Assembly (NCBI RefSeq): GCF_963921235.1
Contig: NC_086097.1
Location: 118,918,001 to 118,982,000, forward strand
DNA: 64,000 nt
Source: Mobula hypostoma
Lineage: Eukaryota
Reading direction: 5' to 3'
Position numbers and translations under genes: made by a program. Shown piece after piece: positions 1 to 14,033 of the stretch; within the stretch, counting starts at the first letter, position 1; the number at the start of each line of letters is the position of its first letter. The notes under the pieces are model-generated. The model did not search any database and was not told where the DNA came from. It saw nothing but the letters and a program-made list of their open reading frames with translations.

Positions 1-235
1 GCCATCGTGATGTGTCATCATCTTCTGCCACCTCCAATACTGAGGTCATGGCTGAATCGTTCTTTGTCTGGATCACTCTTTGTCATGGGTGATCCTACTA
101 GGAGCTAAGCACCAGATGGTTAAACTCCAGAAGACAGCACTCTGGGGATCTCAGGAACTTACACAAAGGAAGGCTGATGCACAGCCAGCCACCGCACAAT
201 CCTTAAAAGACAGGCATTACTAGGAAGATAACAGC

Positions 236-2222
236 ATGAATAGGAGATTGGCTCAATGGCAGGAGGCAAGGAGTGGGAACAAAGTGGGGCCCTTCTGGCT
301 GCTGGTGACTAGTGGTGTTCTGCAGGAGTCTGTTTTGGGACCGCTTCTTTTTACATTATATATTAAAGTTTCAGATGATGGAATTGATGGCTTTGTGGCC
401 AGGTTTACAGATGATATGAAAATAGGCAGAGGGGCAGGCAGTATTGAGGAAGCAGGAAGTTTTCAGGATATTGACAAATTGGGAAAAAGGTCAAAGAAAT
501 GGCAAGTGGAAAATAGTGTAGGGAAGTGTATGGCAATGCACTTCGGTAGAAGAAATAAAGGCATAGATCATTTAGAAACAAGGAGAAAGTTCAAAAACCC
601 TTTTGGAAGTCCATGTGCAGGATTCCCTAAGGGTTAACTGCAGGGTGAGTTGGTGGTGAGGAAGGCAAATGCAATATTAGCATTTATTTCGACAGGTCTA
701 CAATATAAAAGCAAGGATGTAATGCTGAGGCTTTATAAGGCATTCCTCAGACCACACTTGCAGTATTGTGAGCAGTTTTGGATGCCTTATCTAAGAAAGG
801 ATGTGCTGACATTGGAGAGGGTCCAGAAGAGGTTCACAAAAATAATCCAGGATGGAAGTGAAAACATGTGAGAAGCATTTGATGGCTTTGAGCCTGTATT
901 CATCGGACTTTAGAAGAGTGAAGGAGGGTCTCATTGAAACCTACTGAGTATTGAAATGTCAATATAAAGTAGACAAGGAGAGGATGTTTTCTATTGTGTG
1001 GGAGTCTAGGATCAGAGGGCATAGCCTCAGAAGAGAAGGACATCCCTTTAGAATGGGGATGAGGGGGAATTGCTTGAGCAGCTGAGTGGTGAATCTGTGG
1101 AATTTATTGCCACAGATGATTGTGGAGACAAAACCATTGGGTATATTTAAAGCAGTGGTTGATAGGTTCTTGATTAGACCATAAGACCATGAGACCATAA
1201 GATATAGGAGCAGAAATAGGCCATTCAGCCTATTGAGTCTACTCCACCATTCATTCGTGGGCTGATCCAATTCTTCCAGTCATCCCTACTCCCGTGCTTT
1301 TACCCCATACCTTTTGATGCCCTGGCTAATCAAAAACCTATCTATCTCTGCCTTAAATACACCCAATGACTTGGTCTCCACAGCTGCTTGTGGTAACAAA
1401 TTTCACAGGTTTGCCACCCTCTGATTAAAGTAATTTCTCTGCATCTCAGTTCTAAATGGATGTCCTTCAATCCTGAAGTCATGCCCTCTTGTCCTAGAAT
1501 ACCCTACCATAGGAAATAACTTTGCCATATCTAATTTGTTCAGGCCTTTTAACATTCAGAATGTTTCTATGCGATCCCCCCCTCATTCTCCTGAATTCCA
1601 GGGAATACAGCTCAAGAGCTGCCAGATGTTCCTCATACAGTAACCCTTTCATTCCTGGAATCATTCCTGTGAATCTTCTCTGAACCCTTTCGAATGTCAG
1701 AATATCCTTTCTAAAATAAGGAGCCCAAAAATGCATACAATACTCCAAGTGTCATCTAACGAGTGCCTTAGAGAGCCTCAACATCACATCCCTGCTCTTA
1801 TATTCTGTACCTCTAGAAATGAATGCCAACCTTCTTCACAACTGACTCAACCTGGAGGTTAACCTTTAGGGTATCTTGCTCAAGGACTCCCCAGTCCTCT
1901 TGCACCTCCGCATTTTGAATTCTCTCCCCATCTAAATAATAGTCTGCACATTAGTAAGGGTATCAAAGGGAATTGGGGAGAAGGAAGGGGAGGGCTAATA
2001 AATCAGCCACTTATATCTGCCTATGCACAGTTTGTTTTCAATTTGAAGTTACTGTTTACTAAGATTTGCTCAGTATGCCCACAGAAAAAGAATCTGATGA
2101 TGTATGTGGTGACATGCATGTACTCTGATAATAAATTTTACTCTGAACTTTGATGATGTACTGTAAATGACTCAGTGGGTGGAATGGCCTAATTCTGCTC
2201 CAATAATTTTTGGTTTTATGAT
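236..2222 (+). mobile_element. Degenerate CR1 LINE 3' part (RT C-terminus and 3' UTR), interrupted by an antisense CR1 and a short Rex-type tail
   Basis: ORFs show SGVLQESVLGPLLF, FTDDMK and LRPHLQYCEQFWMPYLRKD, typical of CR1 RT. The sequence breaks at gataggttcttgattag (1177) and resumes at attagtaagggtatcaaagg (1950). Confidence 0.85.
1178..1949 (-). mobile_element. CR1 3' fragment nested in the previous CR1
   Basis: ORF 1494..1748 reads EYCMHFWAPYFRKD...ERVQRRFT. A (gaccataa)n tail lies at the left end, and ATTAG is repeated at both junctions. Confidence 0.85.
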
Positions 2223-3163
2223 CAAGGTCAGGGTCCAGTAGCTAGAAATGAGAAATGACTGGGGGCACTTCACTGCTGCTGCCTTCCTCCACCTTCACTG
2301 CCTTTGTGATGTGTTGTCATCTTTCGACAGCTCCCCCATTGAGGTAATGCTCAAATAATACAGTGAATTACTGTCCCAAACCTACCTGCATTGTCCTTTT
2401 ATTAAACAATACACTGGCTTTAAATGGACAGTTTGGTATTTAGAGGGATTGGGAAAGCTTTTTTTTTCAACACCTGAGCAGTTTGTTCATTTTAGGAATC
2501 AGGATGAAAAGCAACAGTAAAATGAAGAGAACTAGATCTCAGCCTTTGCCAACTCAAGGCCACCTAAGCAATTTTTCAGCCAGGCTTTGATAAAGGTTTC
2601 TTGATTTTTCGCCTCAGTTAATATCAGTATATTTAAACAGGTTCTTATACTGCAACACGTGACTGCAAGTTAGAAAGGGAGAATCATATAGGACACATAC
2701 TTGTGTCTTGGTTCCTGCCACTGAGCTGTTGAGCAACACTTAGAAGATGGATCATGCATGTCACGCATTATTCATGACCTTACTGCATTTGTAGCTTAAC
2801 TTCTTGGTCAATTCTGAATGTTTTGTCCATTCCCTGCCCCTACCCAGTGCTGGATTCATTTTTAGACCATGAAGACAGCAATGAGAATCAGAAACATCCA
2901 ATATGAAATGTTACTTATTTACCATTCTTTCTAGTCCTAATCTCTCAAATCAAGCTGTATTTCCATGGTTTTTTTAGATATAACTTTGCTGCTTTGGGAG
3001 AGTAAACAACAGGCCATGTTTCATTTTCACTATGGTGTATGATCTGCTCTCACGAGATAAGCTCCAATGTGTGAATGCCCAGAGCATGTCAGAATCTGAA
3101 TTAAGCTGAAACATATCTTAACGTCATTCACCCTGGAAGGAGCCAGGAAGGAACTTCATTCAC

Positions 3164-4895
3164 TCAGGGAACTTGAATGACTTCAAGTTCCCCTGCCCCG
3201 ATAGTCTCATTTGCATCATGGACATCCAGTCCCTCTACACCACCATCCTCCGTCGGGAGGCCCTTAAAGTTCTCTGTTTCTTTATAGATAACAGACACAG
3301 CCTGTTCCCCTTCACCACCGCTCTCTACCGTCTGGTGGAACTGGTCCTCACTCTCAATAATTTCTCCTTTGTTTTCTACCACTTCCTCCAAACCAAAGGT
3401 CTGGCTATGGCACTTTCAGCTATGTCTGCTATTTTTTTTCAGCTATGTGGAATGGTCTATGTCTCAAGCCTACACTGGTATCACGTCCCAACATTTCCTA
3501 TGCTATATCAGTTGGTGCTGTTTCCTGCAGCCATGCTGAGCTCATGAACATCATCAACTTTGCCTCCAATTTCCACCCTGCCTTTAAATTTACCTGGTCC
3601 ATTTCTGACACTTCCATCCCCTTTCTTGATCTCTCTGTCTCCGTCTTTGGAAACAGTTTATCTACTGAGATTTTTTACAAACCCACTGATTCTCACAGCT
3701 ACCTGGACTACACTTCTTCCCACCCTGTCACTTGTAAAAATGCCATCCCTTCTCTCAATTCCCCGTCTCCACTGCATCTGCTCTTAGGATGAGGCTTTTC
3801 AGTCCAGAACTAATGAGGTGTCCTCCTTCTTCAAAGAAAGGGGCTTTCTTTCCTCATTTATCAATGTTGCCCTCACCCATGTCTCTTCTATTTCACGCAT
3901 GTCTTCCCTCATCCCTTTCCTTTTGTCCTCACCTATCACCCCACTAGCTTCTACATCCAGCACATTATTCTTTGTAACTTCAGTCTTCTCCAATGGGATC
4001 TCACCATCAAGCAAAGCTTTCCCCATCCTCCGCTTTGTTCTTTCTGCAGAGATTGCTCCCTATTCGACTCCCTTACCCATTCGTCCCTGCCTACTAATCT
4101 CCCTCCTGGCCCTTACCCTGCCACACCTGCCCCTAAACCTCCTCCCTCACCACCATTCAGGGCCCCAAACAGTCCTTCCAGTTGAGGCAACACTTCACCT
4201 GTGAGTCTGCTAGGGTCATATACCATGTCCGGTGTTCCCGGTGTGGCCTCCTGTATATCGCTGAGAGCCAATGTAGATTAGGATACCACTTCGCTGAGTA
4301 CCTACGCTCCATCCAATAGAAAAAGTGGGGTCTCCCTGTGGCCATCCATTTCAATTCTAGTTCCCATTCCCATTCCAACATGTTGGTCCCTGGCCTCCTC
4401 TACTGTCACGATGAGGCCACACTCAGGTTGGAAGACCAATACCTTATATTCTGTATGAGTAACCTGTATCCTGATGGCATGAACATCAATTTTTTGAACT
4501 TCTGGTAATTTCCCACCCCCCTTCACCATTCCCCCATTTCCATTTCCCTCTCTCAACTTATCTTCCTATCTGCCCATCACCTCCCTCTGGTGCTCCTCTC
4601 GTACCCTTTCTTCCATGGTCTTCTTCCCTCCCCTAACAGATTCCCCCTTCTCCAGCCCTTTCTCTTTTTGACCAATCAACTCCCCAGCTCTTTGCTTGAC
4701 GCCTTCCCCTCTCACGGTTTCACCTATCACCTACCACCTTGTACTTCTTATTCCCCTCCCCCCACCTTCTCGCTCTGACTTTGCATCATTTTCGAGTCTT
4801 CATAAAGGGTCTCGACCCGAAACATCAACTGGTTACTCTTTTCTACAGGTACTTCCTGGCCTGCTGAGTTCCTCCAGCATTTTGCGTGTGTTGCT
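3164..4895 (+). mobile_element. Penelope-like element (RT plus GIY-YIG endonuclease remnant and pLTR end), frameshifted
   Basis: Motifs MDIQSLYTTI, QTKGLAM, PFLDLSVS and YKPTDSHSYLDYTSSHP. Around 4190-4310 it reads HFTCESARVIYHVRCSRCGLLYIAE (GIY-YIG-like). The terminal segment is shared with other copies in the window. Confidence 0.9.
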
Positions 4896-5950
4896 TCATT
4901 CACCCCTAATCTTACCTGACATTAATTTAAACTTTGACGAACATAAGAATGCTGAATCAGTAAGTGTCAGTTCTTAACCACTGCATCAAGAGAGCACAAT
5001 AAAAGTTTATGCATTTGCATTAACCAGAGATTGAAATTGCTTATGGGGAAAGTAGGTGTCATAAATCCCATATAAAACTGGAACAGGATCATGAGGACTT
5101 GCACCAATTGACACAGCAGCTTAAAGATCACGTTTAGAAAGACAGTGCAGTAATTTCCTGAGGGAAATATTTACATCAGAAGACAAGGGTAAAGTTGTGA
5201 AGGTTGGAATACAGACTAAGTGTCTAAGAGCTGATCTTACGATAAGAGTGTCATGACATAAATATAGGACCATAAATTATGGAGTCCATTTGCAGAGAGT
5301 ATGGGAGAAATGTTGTCAGGCAAATGAAAGCAAAGTCCCACCAATTAGGCAACTCTGTACGGAGTACTGGTGATGCTGCGCCTGGAGTACCGTGGGCAAT
5401 TCTGGTCTCCTTACTTGAGGAAAGATATAATCGCTTTGGAGGTGGTCCAGATGAGATTCCCCAGGATGTGTCCAGGGATGAGGAGAGATTGAGCCATATG
5501 GTTGAAAAATAATAACTGCTCCTGAACCTGGAGTGCAGGACTTAAGGTTCCTGTACCTCCTTCACGATGGTGACAGCGAGAAGAGAGCATGGCCTCAATG
5601 GTGGGTGTCCTTGATAACAGATGCTGCTTTCTTTGGCGGCGCTCTTTTTAAATGTGTTCAATGGTGGCGAGCGCTTTTATATCCCACCTGCCCTAATAAC
5701 TATTGTCTCCCAGTCACAGCAACATCCTGGTGAATCTCCATCCAACCATCTCCAATGTAATCACATCATTCCTAAACTGTGACATTTTAAATTGGACATT
5801 CTGACAGAATCCATCTTTAAATCAATGAAAGGTTGAACAGAGTGGTTTGAAAATAATCAAAAACATTGAGGCCTGGGTTACAATGGGAATTTTAATAGTC
5901 ATTTATAAGGCTACTGGAACTAATACAGTCTATTACTAAAGTCAATCAAG

Positions 5951-8485
5951 GAATCAGAATCAGTATCAGGTTTATTATCATCGGCATGTGACATGAAATT
6001 TGCGAACTCAGCAGCAACAGTTCAATGCAATACATAATCTAGCAGAGAGAAAAAATAAAATAAAACACAATAATAAATAAAAAAGTGAATCAATTATGTA
6101 TATTGAATAGATTTAAAAATGTGCAAAAACAGAAATACTGTATATTTAAAAAAGTGAGGTCGTGTCCAAAGCTTCAATGTCCATTTAGGAATTGGATGGC
6201 AGAGGGGAAGAAGCTGTTTCCGAATCGCTGAGTGTGTGCCTTCAGGCTTCTGTATCTCCTACCTGATGGTAACAGTGAGAAAAGGGCACACCCTGAGTGC
6301 TGGAGGTCCTTAATAACGGACGCTACCTTTCTGAGACATCACTCCCTAAAGATGTCCTGGGTACTTTGTAGTCGAGTGCCCAAGATGGAGCTGACTAGAT
6401 TTACAACCTTCTGCAGCTTCTTTCAGTCCTGTGCAGTCGCCCCTCCATACCAGACAGTGATGCAGCCTGTCAGAATGCTCTCCACAGTACAACTATAGAA
6501 GTTTTTGAGTGTATTTGTTGATATGCCAAATCTCTTCAGACTGTGAGGATTGGTATGTGTTCTTCGTCTTACCCTTCCTGAAGTCTACAATCGGCTCTTT
6601 CGTCTTACTGACATTGAGTGCCAGGTAGTTGCTGTGGCACAATTCCACTAGTTGGCATATCTCTCTCCTGTATGCCCTCTCGTCACCACCTGAGCTTTGA
6701 CTGTTACATACCAGCAGCAATAGATATGAAATTGAATTTGGTTTTTATAAATAACAAAATTTATTAACCTCCACTCAGAAACATAGACAAGTATCAAATG
6801 ACTAACTGAAACGGAAGTTAACAGTGTTATGCACCTATAGTTATCGAACAGTTGAACATAGGGACAACTCTTAACAGATGTTACTCAAACACAGTCTTCA
6901 GGTGGTAGTTCAAAGAATCCAAGTGATTTATGAAATAAGTGAGAGGAGAGACTTCCCAAAGCAGCGATGAAGAAAAGACGAAACTGCTGACGCAGATCCC
7001 AGCCGAGAAATGCCTTGTCCGAAGAGATCACGAAGGATAAGATTTCTCACAGTAACTGACCTTTCACCGGAGGTGGTCACCACACAACACCCGAGACCAT
7101 GCAGGGGTTAACCAAAAGTGTGTGCCACAATACCCGTATGGACCATACCAAATGTCAATCACAGAACCCGTTGATATCTTGGGTTCGTACAAAGCTGGTA
7201 ATCCTTCAGTCTCTTTCTCTCTCCTTCCATGATTACGTAACCACCGACTGTGACTCCCCAACAAAAACAACTGCGCAACAAACTGCGGTCTCCCCTTTTA
7301 TACCGGTTGGAACATGCCATAACGTGACATCACATCACCCCACTATCACAACAATTACATCATGCCAATATCACTAGACAATCATATCATGCTTATGAGA
7401 TACTCGTGGGACAGGTAACACTACCAACAATGGTTGTATCGTCAGCAGATTTATAGATGATATTTGAGCTATGCCTAGCTACACAGTCATGTATATACAG
7501 AGAGTAGAGCAGGGGGATAAACACACACCCCTGAGGTGCGCCAGTATTGATCGTCAGCGAGGAGGATATGTTATCACCAATCCGCACAGACTGTGGTCTT
7601 CCAGTTAGGAAGTACAGGATCCAATTTCAGAGGGAAGTACAGAGGCCCAGTTTCTGGAACTTCTCAAACAGGATTGTGGGAATGATGGTATTAAATGCTG
7701 AGCTATAGTCGATGAATAGCATCCTGACATAGGTGTTTGTGTTGTCTCGATTTTCTAAGGAGAGTGGAGAGCCATTGAGATTGCATCTGCCATTGACCTA
7801 TTGTGGCAATAGGCAAATTGCAATGAGTCCAGGTCCTTGCTGAGGCAGGAGTTCAGTCTAGTCATAACCAGCCTCTCAAAGCATTTCATCACTGTCGATA
7901 TGAGTGTTACTGGGCGATAGTCATTAAGGCAGCTCACATTATTCTTCTTAGACACTGGTATAATTGTTGCCTTTTTGAAGCAAGTGGAAACTTCTACCCA
8001 TAGCAGTGAGAGGTTAAAAATGTCTTTGAATACTCCCATTAGTTGGTTGGCACAGGTTTTCAGAGCCTTACCAAGTACTCCATCGGGACATTCTGCCTTG
8101 CCAGGGTTCACTCTCTTTAAAGACAGTCTAACATCGGCCTCTGAAACGGAGTTCACAGGGTCCTCAGGTGCAGCAGGGATCTTCACAGCTGTAGCTGTGT
8201 TCTCCCTTTCAAAGTGGGCATATGAGGCATTGAGTCCATCTGGTAGTGAAGCATTGCTGCCATTCATACTATTGGGTTTCGCTTTTTTAGGAAGTAATGT
8301 CTTGCAGACCCTGCCAGAGTTGCCGTGCATCTGATATCGCCTCCAGCCTCAATTGAAATTGCTTCTTCAACCTTGAAATAGCCCTCCACAAATCATACCC
8401 AGTTTTCTGGTACAGTTTGCCAGACTTGAATGCTAAACATTTAGCCTTCAGCAGATGATGTACCTCCTGATTCATCCACGACCTT
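5951..8485 (-). mobile_element. Rex1/Babar-like LINE (RT region to 3' tail), interrupted by a solo LTR
   Basis: ORF 7755..8330 has KATIIPVSKKNNVSCLNDYRPVTLISTVMKCFERL...LQFAY, and ORF 7393..7587 has NTGAPQGCV and YKSADD. The (gattct)n tail on the minus strand is at ~5951. Confidence 0.85.
6702..7420 (-). mobile_element. Solo LTR (~720 bp) inserted in the Rex-like LINE
   Basis: Bounded by TGTTAC...GTAACA, and the LINE sequence is continuous across it. Minus-strand AATAAA (~6760) and a TATA-like motif (~7297) are present. The TSD is only partly preserved. Confidence 0.75.
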
Positions 8486-8486
8486 T

Positions 8487-8950
8487 GGTTTTGGTTTGGT
8501 TTGGATTATTCTAGTTGCCGTAACCATTTACATATATTAGGAGTCTGCCATGGGGTGTTGGTGCTACATACAGCAAAAAACAACATTCAACAATTATACA
8601 GAATATAGAATTATATAAAATAACATTAGAGGCATGGATATGGAATAACATGTGCATATATGTATAAATACTAGCTTGTATTTACACTGTAAGAAAATTA
8701 TAATTGGTTTAAAGTGTTTACAATGCAGTTCAGTGACAGGGATAATAAATGCCTGGAGGAAGAAACTTTTAAGATGATGTGAATATTTTGCTTTATTAGA
8801 CCTATTGCGCTTTCCAGAAGGAAGCTTTCAGAAAAGGTAGTTTGCAGGGTGGGTAGTAGCCACAATAATTTTTCCTGCTTGCTTCATTGTTCTGGACACA
8901 TATAGGCCCTGCAGTGTTGGTAGACCGCAGCCAATCAACTTTTCTGCTGA
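8487..8950 (-). mobile_element. Old Rex/L2-like LINE 3' end with (ttggt)n tail
   Basis: Short tandem tail followed by a segment resembling the other LINE 3' ends in the window (aagaaactt...cctattgcgctttccagaagg). Confidence 0.5.
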
Positions 8951-9429
8951 GAGTCACAGCCTGCTGGTAGTAAGAACCCCAGATTTGGGTAGTGCTCTCA
9001 GAAAAGTATAGGTAAGTAACTGCAGTTACAGATGAGATACGGTGCTGACTTGGTCTGATGATGCCCTGGCAATGATGATATACTCCTTGGGTAGCTTAAT
9101 GGAGGCATTTGATTAATTTCCTCAAGGCAATGAATAAATCCTCCCTGATACTGCACTTGTTTCTTTTCTGTTAAACTAAATCGAACTTCTGCTTGCAGCT
9201 GAAAAAATACACATTTCTTTCATGATGTAACAACTGTTAACAATCTTAATATATTGAAAAATCTTGCAATTACTGTGTCATTAAGATAGAAAAGGGATTT
9301 ACTGTTTCCACTACTTTCACAGGTAGGAGGTTCCAGGTCATTCACTGTGTAAAAATAATTACATCTCTCTGCAACTTCAATGTTTCAAAACGAGCAATGA
9401 TTTTCTGCTTCAGGTCTGTGGCTATGTAC

Positions 9430-10013
9430 GTCCCTGAAGATCTATCCTGGGCCCAACATATTGATGAAATTACGGAGAAGGCACGTCAGTGGCTATCTTT
9501 AATTCAGCATTTGAGGAGATTTGGTATATCAACAAAGACTCAACCAATGTTTTACAGATGCACTGTGTAGAGCATTTTGATTGGTTGCATTACTGTCTGG
9601 CATGGAGGGGCCACTCTACAGGATCAGAAAAAGCTGCAGAAGATTGTTAACTCAGCCAGCTCCATCTTGGGCATTGGACTCCTCACCATCAAAGATATCT
9701 TCAATAGGTTATGCCCCAAGAAGGTGGCATCCATCATTAAGGACCTTCAGCATCCAGGACATGCCCTCTTCTCATTGCTACATTACAGATCAGGCACAGA
9801 AGCATAAAAATACACACTCAACACTTTAGGAACAGTTCCTTCCCCTCCACCATCAGTTTTCTGAATAGACAATGAAACCCATAAACACTACTTCACTTTT
9901 GGCACTGCTTATTTATTTTTATGCATGCATATTTCTTAATATATTTCGAGTAATTTTATATATTGATCTGTACTTCTGATATATGTCAGTGATCATAAAC
10001 CTGAATCTGATTC
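9430..10013 (+). mobile_element. Rex1/Babar-like LINE 3' fragment
   Basis: ORF 9577..9807 reads GCITVWHG...KKLQKIVNSASSI...HPGHALFSLL, and it ends in aaacctgaatctgattct. Confidence 0.8.
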
Positions 10014-10015
10014 TT

Positions 10016-11280
10016 ATTCTATTTTTATTTTTTTTATTTTTATTGAAGGAATGACACAATACAGAATATATAATGGATTACATTTTCCTCCTTTTTGCTT
10101 TTATATCGTACCCCCAAACAAACCTCCCCCCACCCGCCCTCCCCGAACATATCATGGCAGCTAATATATTTACAACACAACAATTCACAGATACAAGTAC
10201 GGACATTTCACAACCATACCCCCACACTACTTCAAGACGTCGGCTCACACACATCTGCAACATGTCAGATGATCCAAAATACGCTCATATTTATAATTCA
10301 TCAACCACCCTGTGAGGTAAATTATAAGTGTGTTAAATGGGAGGCAACTTCCCAAGTACAATCAAATGCCCTCAACTAGTAGGTAATTCCTTAAGACTCC
10401 CAAAATATGATAAGAAAGGTCCCCATTTCGAATAGAACTTTTTCACAGACCCCCTCAAAGTGAATTTAATCTTTTCTAATTTCAGAAAAAACATTACACC
10501 TTCTAACCAAGCAGCAGCAGTTGGGGGAGTGGCAGATTTCCAAACCAGCAAAATTTTCCTCCGGGCCAATAGCGATGTAAATGCAATGTTATCCGACTGG
10601 CTTGCATTTAAACCCAAATCATCATCTGCCACACCAAATACAGCTATAAGTGGGCAAGGTCTCAGTGTCACTCCCAAAACCTCACTGATAATTTTAAAAA
10701 CCAGTGACCAATAGTCATCAAGCCGAGGGCATGACCAAAATGCATGCACTAAACCAGCTGGAGAGAAGGAACACCTGTCACAGCCAGCGTCTGTCCCAGG
10801 ATATAGAGGGTAAAGAGGACCGGGTCGAGGCAACAGAGACTTTTGGAGAAGAGGAGCTTGGTGGGTAATACCGTTCTGCCTGACCGGAAGTGCACCGAGA
10901 GCAGTAAGCGTGAAGGAGTGGGGTGCTTACTGATCTGGCTAACAACGGATGGTGCAATCCGGGGTATATTATGATCGAGGAACGTGTTTGAAGACTGGAT
11001 ATTGAACATTTTACTGTTGGACTTCGGACACATTCCACAGTGATACAACACTTGGCGGCACGGGAGGTCGTTCCTGCCTGTGGCCATCGAACGTGCAGCT
11101 CCTCCCGTGGAGGGTCAGACACCCTGCGCCAATAGACTGGTCCTGGACTTATTTTCCATCTGGCATAGTTTTACATTTTGTTGTTTGACTGTTGGGGTTT
11201 TTTGTATTGCTATACTTACGCTTTATTCTTGGTTGGTGAGGCTGTAACGAAACCAAGTTTTCCTCGGGATTAATAAAGTA

Positions 11281-11312
<32 letters not shown>

Positions 11313-12000
11313 CACCTATCTATATGTCTGCAAGTCAGGCTTTACTTAAATATACTCTGTGTAAAACTTTAAATTGTATGAGCCCCAGTCTAGAACATGA
11401 TGATGAGAAATGAACCCTATTCAATACTTTTGCACAATATTCCTCAGCCAGATCCATACCAAGGTCATCCTCCCACCTACTCTTAGTTTTGTTTAGATCT
11501 TGAACTCCCAAAGACATCAGCTGAGAGTATAGTTCAGAGATCAGCCCTTTATTGTTAAAGCTAAGAGTGCGTTTTTCCCATAACATAGCAGGTGGAGATC
11601 AGGAAAAGAGGGAAATTTTTCCTTGACAAAGTGGCGAATCTGCAGGTGTTTAAAAAAATGATTATGCAGAAGGCCATACTTACTGTGCAGGTTATCAGAG
11701 CTATCAAATATGTTATCAGTATACAAATCCTTAACACGCGTAAGACCGTTCAAACCCCATTGTCTGAATGCTGAATCGAATGTGGAGGGGGGAAATAAAT
11801 GTTTTTTATGAATGGGGCCCAAAACTGAAGCTGATATGAACTTATAGAGGCAGCAAAATTGATTAAAGATTTTGAGGGTGGAGAGCATGACCAGGTTAGC
11901 TGTGAATTGAGAGGATTTCAATGGTAAGGAAGAATACACCAAAGCTGGGAGAGACAAGGAGAGGCAAGACCGTGACTCGAACAGGCACCAGATTATATCT
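10016..12000 (-). mobile_element. L1/Tx1-clade LINE 3' fragment (zf-RVT region), interrupted
   Basis: QFKVLHRVYL and CDRC...LVHAFWSCP are the L1 C-terminal Cys motifs. A T-rich tract at 10016-10045 is the antisense poly(A)-like tail. Confidence 0.85.
10805..11321 (+). mobile_element. Short retroposon with Rex-type 3' end and (TATC)n tail, nested in the L1
   Basis: It splits the L1 reading ...LADI|YPGTD. Its 3' part (ttcctgcctgtggccatc...gtcagacaccctg) matches the reverse complement of the Rex copy at 42630-42700. ATAT is present at both junctions. Confidence 0.7.
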
Positions 12001-13059
12001 GCTGATTCTTATTCTGACCTCATACCTGAATCTTAAATCTGTATTCAGAATCCTTGAGCCATGAACTAGTCAGATCAGATTTTCTTTGTTTCCTTATTTA
12101 AACTTCATTTGCCTCTACCAAAGTAGCCTTCAAACACCATTAGTTCCAAGGAGAACAGCTCAACATCTCCAGTCTACACTTGTGAACCCTTGAATCGCAC
12201 TGACAATTTCCTCTGCACCCTCCCAAGAATCTTTGCAAACTTCCTGAAAGTTTGGTGAGCAGAACTATACGCAATACTCTGTTTGATCCAAGGCAGAATT
12301 TTATAAATGTTGGACGTTAATGCACTGCTCTTAAAGTCCAAGGTCCCATATGATTTGCCAAATACTTTTTGAATACCTGCTGTCACCTTCAAAAACCTAC
12401 ATCTGTGAACATTTGGCACATTTATTTCTAGATGTTCCTTACCACTGTAACAACCATGAAATATTTGCTGTTTTTTCTCTTCTCTTCCAAAGATTGGCTG
12501 ATTATATTCAGTGATCTCTTCAGCCCAGTAATTGTCAGCATGTCTTGGATAAAGACTCCTGATCCAAATATTCGATAATTTTTGAGCACCTTTACAATTT
12601 TCAGCATTTGCTCCTTTGATTTGTTCTCATTACTTGGAAGCCAAATAGATTAGCCCCATCATTATGATCAAGTCCTTTTTGCTTCTCAACCCCAACAAAA
12701 TCAATTCATCCATCCTTCCCAAACATTCATCCTTCCCTATGTGACATTGCCTTTCTCAATCAGTATCCTACCCCTTGTCTATTTTTCTGCTCCCCGTAAG
12801 TTTTGAGCACATCATACTTGAAATATTAAGCAGATAGTTCTTGCCTTTTCAACATATTTCTGTTATATACATTGCATCATATTCCCACATGGTTATTTGA
12901 GACTCACCATTTTTATTCACTCCACTGCATATAATTACATACTGTAGATGCATTCTAAATGCATCTGCATTCCTGGTAAGTCTTCTTGTATTTCGCTCTG
13001 CAACTTAGGAACTCCTTGATTCTCTTTCCTTTCCACAATTTCTTAGTTGTGTTCTGCAG

Positions 13060-14033
13060 GGTTTGGTGTTGGAACCACTTCCTTTTATGCTGTATATAAA
13101 TGATTTAGATGATGGAATAGGTTCCTTTGTTGCCATGTCTTCAGTTGATACGAAGAGGAGCAGGTAGTGTTGAGGAAACTGGTAGGGTGCGTAAGGACTT
13201 GGACAGATTAAACAAATGGGCAAGAAAGTGGCAAATGAAATAACAATGTTGGAAGAAGCGTGGTCATGCACTGTGGTAGTAGAAATAAATGTGTGGAATA
13301 TTTTCTAAATGAGGAAAAAATGCAGGAATCTGAGATGCAGAGGGACTTGGGAGTCCTTGTGCAGAACACCCTGAAACTTAACATGCAGGCTGAGTCAGTA
13401 GTGAGGAAGGCAAATGCCATGTTAGCATTCATTTCAAGAGGTCTAGAACACAAGAACAAGGATGTGATGCTGAGGCTTTATAAGGCACTGGTGAGGCCTC
13501 CCCTTGTGTATTGTGAACAGTTTTGGGCCCCTCATCTTAGAAAAGATGTGCTGACATTGGAGAGGGTCCAGAGGAGGTTCACAAGGATGACACCAGGAAT
13601 AAAAGGTTTGTCATATGAGGAAAGTTTGATAGCTCTGGGTCTGTACTCACTGGAATTCAGAAGGAGGAGGGGGGATCTCATTGAAAGCTTTTGAATGTTG
13701 AAAGGCCTAGACATAGTAGGTGTGGAAAGGAAGTTTCCCATGGTGGGAGAGTCTCCGACAAGAGGGCACAGCCCTTTTAAAACAGAGATGCGGAGAAATT
13801 TCTTTAGACAAAGGGTGGTGAATCTGTGGAATTTGTTGCCACATGCAGCTGTGGAGGCCAGGTGTATTTACGGCAGAGATTGATAGGTTCTTGATTGGAC
13901 ATGACATCAAAGGTTACAGGAAGAAAGAGGGGAACTGAGATTGAGGAGGAGAAAAAAAGATCAGCCATGATTGAATGGCTGAGCAGACTCTATGGGCTAG
14001 ATGGCCTAATTCTGCTTCCATGTCTTATGGTCT
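13060..14033 (+). mobile_element. CR1 LINE 3' fragment
   Basis: ORF 13260..13694 reads RDLGVLVQ...LYKALVRP...ERVQRRFTRM...RGDLIE, and the 3' UTR ends tcttatggtct. Confidence 0.9.
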
